Origin: an uncultured archaeon
GTDB taxonomy: Archaea > Asgardarchaeota > Heimdallarchaeia > Heimdallarchaeales > Heimdallarchaeaceae
Direction: 5' to 3'
NCBI GenBank assembly: GCA_964534625.1
Contig: CAZHRF010000013.1
Coordinates: forward strand, 1,612-65,611
Length of the DNA: 64,000 nucleotides
The notes beneath the pieces were generated by a model. The model ran no database searches and was not told the origin of the DNA. It saw only the letters and a list, made by a program, of their open reading frames with translations. Shown here piece after piece: positions 18,865-28,846 of the stretch (position 1 is its first letter; every line of letters begins with the position of its first letter). A program made the translations under genes and the position numbers.

Positions 18865-20073
18865 ATGGCAGTTTTTGATGCTGAAAAGAAACCATTAGGA
18901 ACGGTAATCTTTCTGGGCTATTTGTCACTATTAACAGTAACATCAACAGCTATATTGTATGCCAATGAGAAAGAGTTTGTGTTTGATAGATTTGATATAA
19001 GTTCGTTTGAGCTTTCACTTTATGACACGACACTATATGTGGCGTATTTCATAGCAGGAATAATAATAGCAATATTATCAGATAAATTGGCTAAAAGAAA
19101 ACTATTCGTGATAATTGGGAGTATGGGGGCATCGATAATGTTTACAGTAATGACAGTAACAGAAAATTATCTGATGTTGTTATTATTGCGTTTTATTCAA
19201 GGCTGTTTTTCGATAATGGTTTGGCAACTGCTGGTAACTATAGTATTGGATGTATCAGATAGTCAAACACGGGGAAGAAATATGGGGATATATGGTGTTC
19301 TTCTCGCTATAGGTATGGGTTTGGGGCCAATGATGGGCGGTTTTCTAGCAGAAAGAGGCGTATTTGTTCCTTATTATATGGCTACAGGATTAATGTTATC
19401 TGTTCTAATGTTGATTTTGCTTCTAAAAGAACCATTAACAATAAAACAAAGATCAACTGTTAAAGAAAGTTTGATGATCCTTGAAGAACACCCTAAGTTG
19501 ATACTACCATGTATTTTCAATTTCATAGATAGATTGCATATGGGATTTTTATTGTTCGCTCTTCCTTTGCTGATAGGATTGGATGAAGGATTGGGACTTG
19601 ATACAAAATATAGAGGGATAGCATTTGGGATATTTGCATTGCCATTTATATTGTTTCAATATCCATTTGGGGTGCTATCGGATAAAATAGGGCGGTACTC
19701 ACTATTAATAGCAGGTAGTTGCTGTTATGGAATAATATTAAGTATAATGGGGTATCATAGTACAAAATCTTTTGGCATATTGCTGATATTTTTAGTATTA
19801 TTGGGATTTTTTTCGAGTGTAACAGCACCAACATCAATGGCATTAGTGGGAGATAATATACATAGCCAAAAAAAACATGGCGCGGGAATGGGTGTATTTA
19901 CGCTATTTGGGAATATAGGAATAACTATTGGACCACCTATTGCAGGAATAGCACTGAGTTATGGATTTGGGGTAGCATTTTTAATAGCAGGATTAATAGA
20001 ATTGGGAAGTCTAGGTATAAATGTATTAATACTTCGAGTGAAGTTTAAAGAAAGATTATTGAGTATTTCTTGA
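18865..20073 (+). CDS. MFS transporter
   Basis: About 12 TM helices. MFS motif-A-like loops occur in both halves (LSDKLAKRKLFVIIG and LSDKIGRYSLLIAG). Confidence 0.8.
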   Translation: MAVFDAEKKPLGTVIFLGYLSLLTVTSTAILYANEKEFVFDRFDISSFELSLYDTTLYVAYFIAGIIIAILSDKLAKRKLFVIIGSMGASIMFTVMTVTENYLMLLLLRFIQGCFSIMVWQLLVTIVLDVSDSQTRGRNMGIYGVLLAIGMGLGPMMGGFLAERGVFVPYYMATGLMLSVLMLILLLKEPLTIKQRSTVKESLMILEEHPKLILPCIFNFIDRLHMGFLLFALPLLIGLDEGLGLDTKYRGIAFGIFALPFILFQYPFGVLSDKIGRYSLLIAGSCCYGIILSIMGYHSTKSFGILLIFLVLLGFFSSVTAPTSMALVGDNIHSQKKHGAGMGVFTLFGNIGITIGPPIAGIALSYGFGVAFLIAGLIELGSLGINVLILRVKFKERLLSIS

Positions 20074-20787
20074 ATTAGATTGAATATATTCAATAATTTC
20101 TCTTGTTTCAGTATTTTGAGCCAGTTCTATTATTGTTTGATTTTTTGCATTTCTGATTTTTAACACTGGTTCTGTTATTGGAAATAATTTTATTGCATCC
20201 ATATGGTGATTAATTATTGCATAGGCTAAAGGAATGTTTCCCCTATCGTCTTGAAGATGTGGATTTGCTCCTTTAGAGAGTAAATAGGAAATTGGTTGAG
20301 TGTAACCATTAAATGCAGCAAAATGTAATGGAGTACGGAATCCTTTATCCGTAATATTTACATTTGCACCATTTTCAAGGAGTAATCTGCAGCTTTCTGT
20401 TTGATTATCATATGCTGCTAAATGTAAAGGAGTTAAACCATCATTTGTTTGAGGTTCAATTGGAAGATTTTGACTAAATAAGTAAGTGACTATTTCGCAA
20501 TGACCATGGCAAGCTGCATAATGAAGAGGTACTTTATGATCTGCATTGGGGGTAGAAAGATTCCATCCTGCTTTTATTAAAACCCATGCAATCTCCGAAG
20601 ATGGAAGAAAGAGAGAGAGATGCAATGCAGTATTCCCAAGATCATCAGTACAAGTCTTATCTAATTGATTTTCCTGATCTTTATCTTGAAGAATTTGTAG
20701 AACTTTTACAATTTCGTTCTGTCTCACAAAATCCAAGAATTGGTGATTAATCTGGTTCTTCATATCCACAATTATTTGTAAATTCAT
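20056..20787 (-). CDS. Ankyrin-repeat protein
   Basis: At least four ANK repeats (GNTALHLS, VPLHYAACHGHCEIVTYL, GLTPLHLAAYDNQTESCRLLLENGANVN, RTPLHFAAFNGYTQPISYLLSKGANP). Confidence 0.85.
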   Translation of the reverse strand: MNLQIIVDMKNQINHQFLDFVRQNEIVKVLQILQDKDQENQLDKTCTDDLGNTALHLSLFLPSSEIAWVLIKAGWNLSTPNADHKVPLHYAACHGHCEIVTYLFSQNLPIEPQTNDGLTPLHLAAYDNQTESCRLLLENGANVNITDKGFRTPLHFAAFNGYTQPISYLLSKGANPHLQDDRGNIPLAYAIINHHMDAIKLFPITEPVLKIRNAKNQTIIELAQNTETREIIEYIQSNSRNTQ

Positions 20788-21073
20788 CAGATTTATAAAT
20801 TCATCTCAAAGAAAAGGGAATTAACCTTCTATTACCAAAATAACAAACAATAAGAAAGGAATGAATAAGGATACAAAGATTTGAATGTTTTTTATAATAC
20901 CTTGTATGATGCAAAAATTGATTAGATAAAAAATTTTAGTTTTTTCGTTTAATTCTGTAAAGATTGAAGTGGTTCAATTGATTAGAATCCAGGAAATTAT
21001 TAAAGAAATATTTAAAGGAGAGAGAAAAAGATGTACACATTAAAAAGAAGAGATTGGATTGGATTGAATTATC

Positions 21074-21871
21074 TTGAATATCAAACCTATAGATTATGAA
21101 AACCTTGTTTCTGTATCTTTGTGCTGTCTAAATGACAAACTTTTACAGAATCCGTTAATTCAAAAAGGAGTAGAATTAAAGCAAAACTGGATAAAAACGC
21201 AATTAGATAGATTTGGAGAAATAGGTTATGTAGCAACAACCAATGAAAAAGAAGAAACAATAGGGTTCATACAATTTCTACCTGATCCAACAAAACAACT
21301 GCTTTTTATTCAGTGTATCTTCATACCTGATGAAAAATATAGGGGAAAAGGAGTAGGAAAAAGGCTCGTACAGCGACTAATTGAGGATAGTAAAAAGGAA
21401 AAAACTTATTTTGATAATAATATACCAAATGCACTAGTTACCTATGCGTTCGAAGTACCTGAATTTTATCCTCAAGATAAATTTTTTAGAAAAATGGAGT
21501 TTATAGAGTTTGATAGGAAAGATCCATATTGGCTCTATTATCCAATTAAAGAGAAATTCCGGGTGAAAGCGTCAGATTATCAATTTTTTCCCCAACATGA
21601 AGATAAAAGCAAGGCACTAGTTCTTTTTGATACTTCTTGCCCGTTTTGTGTGGCATTTAAAGAGAAATATGAGGAACTGTTAAAAACAGTTCATAAAGAA
21701 TTAGACATAAAAATATTAGATGTGTTGAAAGAACCACACGAAATCGCTCTAAGAGGAAAAGTACCTCTCTGTAGTGTATATGGAGAAGAGGTTAAAGCAT
21801 TTGTCTTGGAAGAAGAAACATTCAAAGACGAAGTGAAAAAAATCCTTAACAGAAAAAATAGTAGTAGATGA
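21074..21871 (+). CDS. GNAT-family N-acetyltransferase fused to a thioredoxin-fold (CPFC) C-terminal domain
   Basis: GNAT motif A is YRGKGVGKRLVQRLIE. The C-terminal ALVLFDTSCPFCVAFKEKYEELL is a CxxC redox-fold pattern. Confidence 0.55.
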   Translation: MNIKPIDYENLVSVSLCCLNDKLLQNPLIQKGVELKQNWIKTQLDRFGEIGYVATTNEKEETIGFIQFLPDPTKQLLFIQCIFIPDEKYRGKGVGKRLVQRLIEDSKKEKTYFDNNIPNALVTYAFEVPEFYPQDKFFRKMEFIEFDRKDPYWLYYPIKEKFRVKASDYQFFPQHEDKSKALVLFDTSCPFCVAFKEKYEELLKTVHKELDIKILDVLKEPHEIALRGKVPLCSVYGEEVKAFVLEEETFKDEVKKILNRKNSSR

Positions 21872-22579
21872 TAAGAGAGTAATACAGCGTAAATATAAAC
21901 ATCTTTTAAAAATAGAACAAAACTAATTAAAATGGCAGAAAAAATAAAAGATTATAGTATAGTTTTTTATCGAGAATAACTTGAGCTATAGCGCCCGCAA
22001 CTACAAGAAATATTGCAAGTATTAACAAAAATGAAACACTCGAAAGAGCTATATCTAAAATAAAAAACAATAATACGAACAATAAAAACAATACTAATCA
22101 AACAATGATCATATAATGAGGAATAGTTCGTGGGGGAAAAATATTAATTCTGATTTCTTCACTCATAAGAGCTCTGAAATTAGATGTATTATAAATGTAT
22201 CTAATGGAATAGTACTTCCAAATTAAGGAAAAATATGGTTAAAACATAGTAGATGATGTTATAGTCTTCTTTTTATTGAACTAGAAGAATATAACTGCTA
22301 TTTCGGAAGTACTAATAGATGTGTTTCAGTTAAACGCTTTTATCGACTTGGATGTGTTGAAACATAGGCTATTCATACTATCATCGTCTGGATTTCAATC
22401 CGCAATTTATCAGTCAAATCGGAAGTACCACTATTGATACTTGTTTACTGATACGAAAAGAAAAAGATGTTTGAAGATAACAAATATCAGTTATATATTT
22501 TAACAAGAAAAAATCCTAGGAAAAACTATTATATTTAAATATGGAAAACGTTTTTAAAATATAAGAAGGTGATTTATGT

Positions 22580-22981
22580 TTGTCTCACTTCACGAAAATT
22601 AAAACAGTACTTAAAGATAAAGAATGTCTATTAGAATCTCTCAAGAACCTAGATTATAAAGTGGAAGTTAACACATCAATAAAAGGCTATCAAGGTAAAA
22701 CAACACATGGTGATATAGTAATTAAAACTAACTCTAGTTATGATGTGGGATTTGTAAAAAATGCTACTGACACTTATGATATTGTAGCTGATTGGTATGG
22801 GGCTAGAAGAGCTATAGGTAAAAGCAAAAAAGTTTTCACCGAAGAAGTTCAAAAAGAATATACAATTAATAAGACGATAAAGACGGTAAGAAAAAAAGGT
22901 TACAGGATTCAATCAAGAAAAAATATAGCTGAAACTGAAGAAGTAAAATTGATTGTAGTAAAAAGAGGATGGCAAAGATGA
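22580..22981 (+). CDS. DUF1257 (Ycf35-like) protein, first gene of a six-gene operon
   Basis: TTG start 7 nt after SD aggtga (22567-22572). The MSHFTKIKTVLKDKECLLESLKNLDY N-terminus is typical of DUF1257. Confidence 0.6.
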   Translation: MSHFTKIKTVLKDKECLLESLKNLDYKVEVNTSIKGYQGKTTHGDIVIKTNSSYDVGFVKNATDTYDIVADWYGARRAIGKSKKVFTEEVQKEYTINKTIKTVRKKGYRIQSRKNIAETEEVKLIVVKRGWQR

Positions 22982-23184
22982 GTGTAAAGGATATTAGTTT
23001 AGAAATAACGATTGATAAAGAAGGAAACATCTCTTACAAGGTTATAGGTGTAAAAGGTAAGGATTGTGTTAAAGAAACAAAGTTTTTAGATGACGCATTG
23101 GGAGTAGTTGAAGAACGAAAATTTACTCGGGATTATTATCAACAAGGAGTGAAGAGTAATAGAAGAGTGACAACGAGGAGATAA
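22978..23184 (+). CDS. DUF2997-like small protein (preferred start 22978; the ORF track gives 22969)
   Basis: ATGA start/stop overlap with the upstream gene at 22978-22981, with SD agagga 8 nt upstream. The pattern ITIDKEGNISYKVIGVKGKDCVKETKFLDDALG matches the DUF2997 style. Confidence 0.55.
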   Translation: MSVKDISLEITIDKEGNISYKVIGVKGKDCVKETKFLDDALGVVEERKFTRDYYQQGVKSNRRVTTRR

Positions 23185-23186
23185 AG

Positions 23187-24719
23187 GTGAGAAAAGATAG
23201 TTCTGAATTAAGAGAAGAAATAAATATTTTAATCAAAGCAAGATATCCGATTCTTTATCTTGTGACACATGAAGAAGAAAGAGTAAGTCTGATGATTAAT
23301 AATATTGCGTCAGAAGCAGAAAAAAAAATAATTATCTGGACAACAACAGAGGGATTCAAAGATTTTAATGGTCAAGTAATAGATTCAGAAACAGTTGACC
23401 CTTTTGCGGCATTAAATTTTATAATAGATTACTCAAGACCTGCACTATTTCTTTTAAAGGACTTTCATCCATTTATGAAGGATGCCCTGATTATTAGAAG
23501 ATTGAGAGATCTAAAACCATATTTGAATAAATATAGAAAAACTTGCATAATTGTTTCTCCAATATTAATCATACCACCAGAATTAGAAAAAATGATAACA
23601 GTAGTAGATGTTGATTATCCAGAACTGGAGTTGCTGGGTGCGGTTCTAGAAGGGATAATTGAGCCACTAAAAGATAATCCAAAAGTGGATGTAACGCTAT
23701 CTGAAGAAGAGAGAGAACATGTGTTGAAATCAGCTTTGGGTTTAACAATAGAAGAAACAGAAAATGTTTTTGCAAAAAGTTTAGTTAAGGCAAAAAAATT
23801 CGACCCTAAAGTGATAATCAAAGAAAAAGAACATATTATTAGAAAAAGTGGTATCTTGGAATATTATCAATCAATAGAACAAATGGAAAATATAGGCGGC
23901 TTGGAAAATTTAAAACTGTGGTTGAAAAAAAGAACAAAAGGATTTACTGAGAAAGCTCAAAAATTTGGACTTCCTTTTCCTAAAGGATTAATGTTAATTG
24001 GTATAGCGGGATGTGGGAAAAGCCTTACAGCAAAGGCAGTTGCATCATTGTGGAATTTACCTTTGCTCAGATTGGATGTAGGGTCATTGTTTGGAGGTAT
24101 AGTGGGAGAATCAGAGAGAAATATCAGACAAGCAATTAAGTTAGCAGAATCGGTAAGTCCATCTATTTTGTGGATTGATGAAATAGAAAAAGGCTTTAGT
24201 GGGGTTCAATCAAGTAGCCAATTGGACGCAGGTACAACTGCAAGAGTTTTTGGCACTTTGATAACATGGTTACAAGAAAAAGAAGACCCTGTATTTGTCA
24301 TTGCCACAGCTAATAACATTAGTCAATTGCCACCAGAATTGCTTAGGAAAGGAAGATTCGATGAAATATTTTTCGTAGATTTACCTTCATCAAAAGAAAG
24401 AAAAGAAATCTTCAAGATTCACTTGAAAACAAGGGATAGAGATCCAAAAATATTTGATGTGCAAAAACTGGTGAGATTATCAAAAGGTCTATCAGGAGCT
24501 GAAATAGAACAAGCAATTATAGAGGGGATGTTTGAAGCATTTGCTGATGGGCGTGATGTGGAAACAACAGACATTATTGAAGCAATAGATAGTACTGTAC
24601 CATTATCGACATTGATGAAAAATGAAATAGCAGAACTGAGATCTTGGGCACAATCAAGAGCGAGACACGCATCAGTGGCAGAAGTAGAAGAAACAACAGA
24701 GTTGGACATAGAATTATAG
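23187..24719 (+). CDS. Classical-clade AAA+ ATPase, Ycf46-like, single AAA module with N-terminal domain
   Basis: GTG start 6 nt after SD gaggag (23175-23180). Walker [16 protein letters not shown], Walker [10 protein letters not shown], sensor-1/second region of homology [22 protein letters not shown]. Confidence 0.85.
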   Translation: MRKDSSELREEINILIKARYPILYLVTHEEERVSLMINNIASEAEKKIIIWTTTEGFKDFNGQVIDSETVDPFAALNFIIDYSRPALFLLKDFHPFMKDALIIRRLRDLKPYLNKYRKTCIIVSPILIIPPELEKMITVVDVDYPELELLGAVLEGIIEPLKDNPKVDVTLSEEEREHVLKSALGLTIEETENVFAKSLVKAKKFDPKVIIKEKEHIIRKSGILEYYQSIEQMENIGGLENLKLWLKKRTKGFTEKAQKFGLPFPKGLMLIGIAGCGKSLTAKAVASLWNLPLLRLDVGSLFGGIVGESERNIRQAIKLAESVSPSILWIDEIEKGFSGVQSSSQLDAGTTARVFGTLITWLQEKEDPVFVIATANNISQLPPELLRKGRFDEIFFVDLPSSKERKEIFKIHLKTRDRDPKIFDVQKLVRLSKGLSGAEIEQAIIEGMFEAFADGRDVETTDIIEAIDSTVPLSTLMKNEIAELRSWAQSRARHASVAEVEETTELDIEL

Positions 24720-24748
24720 ACACATGTAAAAACGTAATTGTGTGAAAG

Positions 24749-25996
24749 TTGAGAGGAATGAATAGACAAGAACTACATTTTTGTCATATCTCCGATTCTC
24801 ACCTCGGAAATAGACAATATGGGTTAGTAGATAGATTTGATGACTTTGCAAAAGCATTAATGCATTCAGTAAATGAATGTATAAAAAGAAAACCAGATTT
24901 TGTTATCTATACTGGTGATCTGTTTGAAATATCAAAACCAAGAGCACCTGAATTGAGACAAGCTGTAAGAATAATAAAAAAATTACAGAAAGCAGAGATA
25001 CCATTGCTAATGTCTCAAGGGAATCATGACGTTTCGTATTCAAGATTTAGAAAATATGGCGGAGATATACTGTCTTTCTTAAGCGATTTAGATATCGGAG
25101 CAACATATATACAAGATGAATTATATACAATAGAAAAAGAGACAAAACACCCAGTAAAGATTCTTGCTGTAAACTATTATGGGAAGAGAACAAATTCAAT
25201 TTTAAGACAATTAATAGAAAAATACAAAGAAGAACTGGATGCCTTTAAAGAGCCAAAGATTCTCATGTTACATGCGTTTGTACAAGGGATGCCAGGAACA
25301 GTAGATGTGAAAACGGAAACAATAAACAAAGGAAATTTTGATTATGTTGGAGTGGGACATCTGCATGAAAGATGGGAAGATACTGAAAATAGGATTTACT
25401 GCCCAGGATCAACCGAACACACATCGGTGTCAGAATGGAACCAAGCAGAAAGAGGATTTTATGATGTCTACATGAAATTAATAAATGGCAAATGGAGACC
25501 ACAAGTAGAATATATTACTATACCAGTAAGAAAAAAACATCTAGTAGAACATGCATTTGAAAGTATTAGTGTCATAGATATTAGAGAAGAAGCGGAAATA
25601 ATATTAAATAAGAATGATATTGAAGATGCTGTAGTGATGTGTAAGTTCTATGGAGGATATGAAGGAAAAGAACATCCGTTCATAAATCTAGAGAAGTTTA
25701 GGTTAATTCCAAAAAAAGCTTTACATTGCATAATAAGAACACAATTTCTAGAAGCACATAAAGAAGAAGAAAGAAAACCAATTCTGACAGAGAGAGAAGC
25801 GTATGAAGGGATTTTAAAGCAATTATTTAAGATCCCAGAAACAGAAGTGGATGAATATATCTCGTTAATAGAAGAATCACTAAAAATAGTAGATGGGGAT
25901 TATACGATTTCAGAGCAAGAAGAAATTTTGCAAAAAAACTTTTCAACATTTGCAAAAAGAATGATAAAAGATAGTTCAGAGGGAGTTGTAGAATAA
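24749..25996 (+). CDS. mre11: Mre11/SbcD-type nuclease (the ATG at 24758 is an alternative start)
   Basis: Phosphoesterase motifs are present in order: HISDSHLG, TGDLFE, GNHD, MLHAFVQG, GVGHLHE. Confidence 0.85.
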   Translation: MRGMNRQELHFCHISDSHLGNRQYGLVDRFDDFAKALMHSVNECIKRKPDFVIYTGDLFEISKPRAPELRQAVRIIKKLQKAEIPLLMSQGNHDVSYSRFRKYGGDILSFLSDLDIGATYIQDELYTIEKETKHPVKILAVNYYGKRTNSILRQLIEKYKEELDAFKEPKILMLHAFVQGMPGTVDVKTETINKGNFDYVGVGHLHERWEDTENRIYCPGSTEHTSVSEWNQAERGFYDVYMKLINGKWRPQVEYITIPVRKKHLVEHAFESISVIDIREEAEIILNKNDIEDAVVMCKFYGGYEGKEHPFINLEKFRLIPKKALHCIIRTQFLEAHKEEERKPILTEREAYEGILKQLFKIPETEVDEYISLIEESLKIVDGDYTISEQEEILQKNFSTFAKRMIKDSSEGVVE

Positions 25997-28834
25997 ATGG
26001 TACTATTATTAAAGAAATTAATCCTAAAAAATTTTAAGACCTATGAAAGAGGAGAATTTAATTTCACAAAAGGGCATAATGTAGTTATAGGAGAAAATGG
26101 TGCAGGTAAATCTTCAATATTTGAAGCTATATCATATTGCCTATTTGGAAGTGTACCTGGAAAAACTAGCTATAGTTTGATACAACATGGAAAAAGAAAA
26201 ATGGAGTTAAGTTTAGATTTCAGTATAAACGATGAAAACTTGAGAGTAGAATGTTCAGCAACACAGAGTACATCTAATTTCATCTTGATGAAAGATGGAG
26301 AAATAATTGCAGAAAAAATAACTATAGTAAGAGAAATCATTCAACAAAAAATGGGATTGGGGAAACGAGTTTTCAATAATGCTATTTACATTCAACAAGG
26401 GCAAATAGCAGCAATAGCATCAGAAAGACCATCAGAAAGAAGAGATCTGTTTGATAGGATTTTAGGATACCATTTATACAGAAAGACAAATACAAGACTG
26501 AGAACGATAGAAAAACTAACAAGAGAAAAAAATGAGAGTACAAAAAAAAGACTACAAGATTATGAATATGATGTAAAAAAGAAGAGTGAAATAGAAAAAC
26601 AGTTAAAAGAGTTTAAAGAAAAAAAAGTTGAGCTAGAAAAGGAACTAAAAGCATTGTTGCCTGAATTAAAAGCAAAAGAAGAAAAATATAATAATATGAA
26701 TGAAAAACGAGAGAAAATAAACCAGATAGAAGAACGAATAAAAACACAAAAGATAGAAATAGAGAAGAGAGAAAAAGAAATAGATGAAATAAAATATGAA
26801 CTTCAAACAAGATTTGAAGAAGAGATAACGAGTACTAAACCAGAGAAAATTATAGAAATACAAGATAAACTAAAAAAACAACTTTTAGAATTGGAAAGAA
26901 ACTTAAAAGAAATAGAAAAAAAAGAAAATAGGGGAAGGGAAATTGAGAATAATATAAAATCTCTAGATAAACAAACAAGGAATATTGAAAATCAAATTAC
27001 AAAATTGTCTAAAAAAATAGAACAAGAAGAGATAGAATTAGAAAATATTGATCAAATTATTGCTGAGATTGATAAGAAAAAAGAAAAAAAAGAACAAACA
27101 AAACACAGAGAAACAGAACAGCTCCAAGAATTGATTGAAAAAGACAAACAACATAGTATTCTTACAGAAAACATAAAGCAAAAAAAAGTAGAACTAAAAA
27201 AATTGCAGAAAAAAGCAAAAAATATAATGAAAAAGTTGGAAGATAACTTTCCTGATTGGAAAACTATACTTGAAAGAGAATTGGAAAGAGACATTACCGA
27301 AGATAAAAAAGACTATTCTAAAAAATTGGTAAGGGAAAGAAATGAACTTACTAGAATAGAAAGAAGGATTTCTAGTTTAGAAACACTAATTGAAGAAGAA
27401 GAAAAGATAATAAAACTAGTAAAAGATAAAAAAGAAGAAGGAAAGTGTCCGCGGTGTGAATCACCGTTAACAGAAACACATGCAAAAAAAATAGTCAAAG
27501 AAAGCAAAGAAGTAATAAAGAAAAATGATGTGAAAAAGGAAACACTCGCAAAAAAAAGAGAGAATATAAAGAATAATATTAATGAATTGGAAAAAAGAAT
27601 AGTAATATTATATGAAGAAGAGAAGAAAACGATTTATCTGAAGAATTTGGTTGCTGAAAAAAAGAATACAAAGACCCAACTTAAAAAGGTTAAAGAAGAA
27701 ATAGTAAATAATCAAGAAGAACTAAAAAATGTAGGGGACACTGAAAAACAGCTAAATGAGAAAAGAGTAAAAATAAAAAAATTGGATGAGAATATTAGTG
27801 ATCTCAATGATGAATTAAAAAAAATAGAAAGTGTGAAAATATATGGAGCACAACTTTATTCTTTGAATGATCAACTTGACAAACTAAAAGAAGAAAGGAT
27901 TTCAAGCACTAAAGAACCAGAGTACAAAAAACTGGCTGAAAATACTAAAAAATTAACAAAAAAGAAGGAAGATCAGCGAATGTATATCGCAATTATTCCT
28001 AAAGTAGAGTCGCTGATAAAGAATATGCAAAGCCTAGAAGAGAATAGGAAAAAGAGGGAAGAAGAAACAGACGAATTGAAATGTTTAAAGCAAGCCTATG
28101 ATGAAAAACTTTTTTCTGAATACCAAGCTCAAGTCGACAAGATAAAAGCAAAAAAAGTAAAGTATGAAACCCAATTGAATAGCTATTCAAAAGATTTAAT
28201 CCCGGATAAGCAAAAACAGTATGAAGATGTATTAGAAAAAGAAAAAAAATTAATCGAAATTCAAAAAGAGTTGCAAGTGGATGAAAAAAAACTTTCAAGT
28301 ATTACGTTAGTGAGAGATTTCTTAATACAAACTATACCAATACTAAGAAGACAACATGTTAGGGCCATATCAGAATACTCAACAGAGATATTCTTACACC
28401 TGATCAATAGTGATGAATATAATGGGATAGAAATAACAGAAAATTATGACTTGAAAATAATTCAGTCGGGAAGAAAACATGATTTAATAATACTTTCAGG
28501 AGGCGAACAAGTAATTACTTGTTTGGCTATAAGACTGGCGATTGCAAAGTTATTAGCTAACCATGATATATTATTGCTGGATGAGCCAACTGTTATGTTA
28601 GATACACAAAGAAGAAGGGAATTGGTTGAAGTGTTTGATAAAACGAAACCCGTACAACAAACAATAATAGTTACACATGATTATGAGTTTGAAAGAATAG
28701 CAGATACAACATTTACAATTATAAAAAAAGCTGGAAAAGCAAACGTGCTAGCAGAAGAAATTGACAGTATAGTAATTAAACAGAAAGAATACAGAATGCT
28801 GACACAAGAAAGATTTGAGAAATTAGAAATATAG
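25997..28834 (+). CDS. rad50: Rad50/SbcC-type SMC-like ATPase with zinc hook
   Basis: Walker A GENGAGKSS, a long K/E-rich coiled coil with central hook CPRC (GKCPRCESPL), signature LSGGEQ, Walker B LLLDEPT, H-loop VTHD. Its ATG abuts the mre11 stop. Confidence 0.9.
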   Translation: MVLLLKKLILKNFKTYERGEFNFTKGHNVVIGENGAGKSSIFEAISYCLFGSVPGKTSYSLIQHGKRKMELSLDFSINDENLRVECSATQSTSNFILMKDGEIIAEKITIVREIIQQKMGLGKRVFNNAIYIQQGQIAAIASERPSERRDLFDRILGYHLYRKTNTRLRTIEKLTREKNESTKKRLQDYEYDVKKKSEIEKQLKEFKEKKVELEKELKALLPELKAKEEKYNNMNEKREKINQIEERIKTQKIEIEKREKEIDEIKYELQTRFEEEITSTKPEKIIEIQDKLKKQLLELERNLKEIEKKENRGREIENNIKSLDKQTRNIENQITKLSKKIEQEEIELENIDQIIAEIDKKKEKKEQTKHRETEQLQELIEKDKQHSILTENIKQKKVELKKLQKKAKNIMKKLEDNFPDWKTILERELERDITEDKKDYSKKLVRERNELTRIERRISSLETLIEEEEKIIKLVKDKKEEGKCPRCESPLTETHAKKIVKESKEVIKKNDVKKETLAKKRENIKNNINELEKRIVILYEEEKKTIYLKNLVAEKKNTKTQLKKVKEEIVNNQEELKNVGDTEKQLNEKRVKIKKLDENISDLNDELKKIESVKIYGAQLYSLNDQLDKLKEERISSTKEPEYKKLAENTKKLTKKKEDQRMYIAIIPKVESLIKNMQSLEENRKKREEETDELKCLKQAYDEKLFSEYQAQVDKIKAKKVKYETQLNSYSKDLIPDKQKQYEDVLEKEKKLIEIQKELQVDEKKLSSITLVRDFLIQTIPILRRQHVRAISEYSTEIFLHLINSDEYNGIEITENYDLKIIQSGRKHDLIILSGGEQVITCLAIRLAIAKLLANHDILLLDEPTVMLDTQRRRELVEVFDKTKPVQQTIIVTHDYEFERIADTTFTIIKKAGKANVLAEEIDSIVIKQKEYRMLTQERFEKLEI

Positions 28835-28846
28835 AAGGAGAAAAAA

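Noticed and set aside
24749-28834. The SMC-like ATPase plus phosphoesterase pair could be a Lamassu-, Wadjet- or Gabija-type defence module.
   Set aside because: A central CPRC zinc hook, full Rad50 head motifs and a five-motif Mre11 partner match genuine Mre11-Rad50. Whether it is housekeeping or accessory remains open (see the findings).
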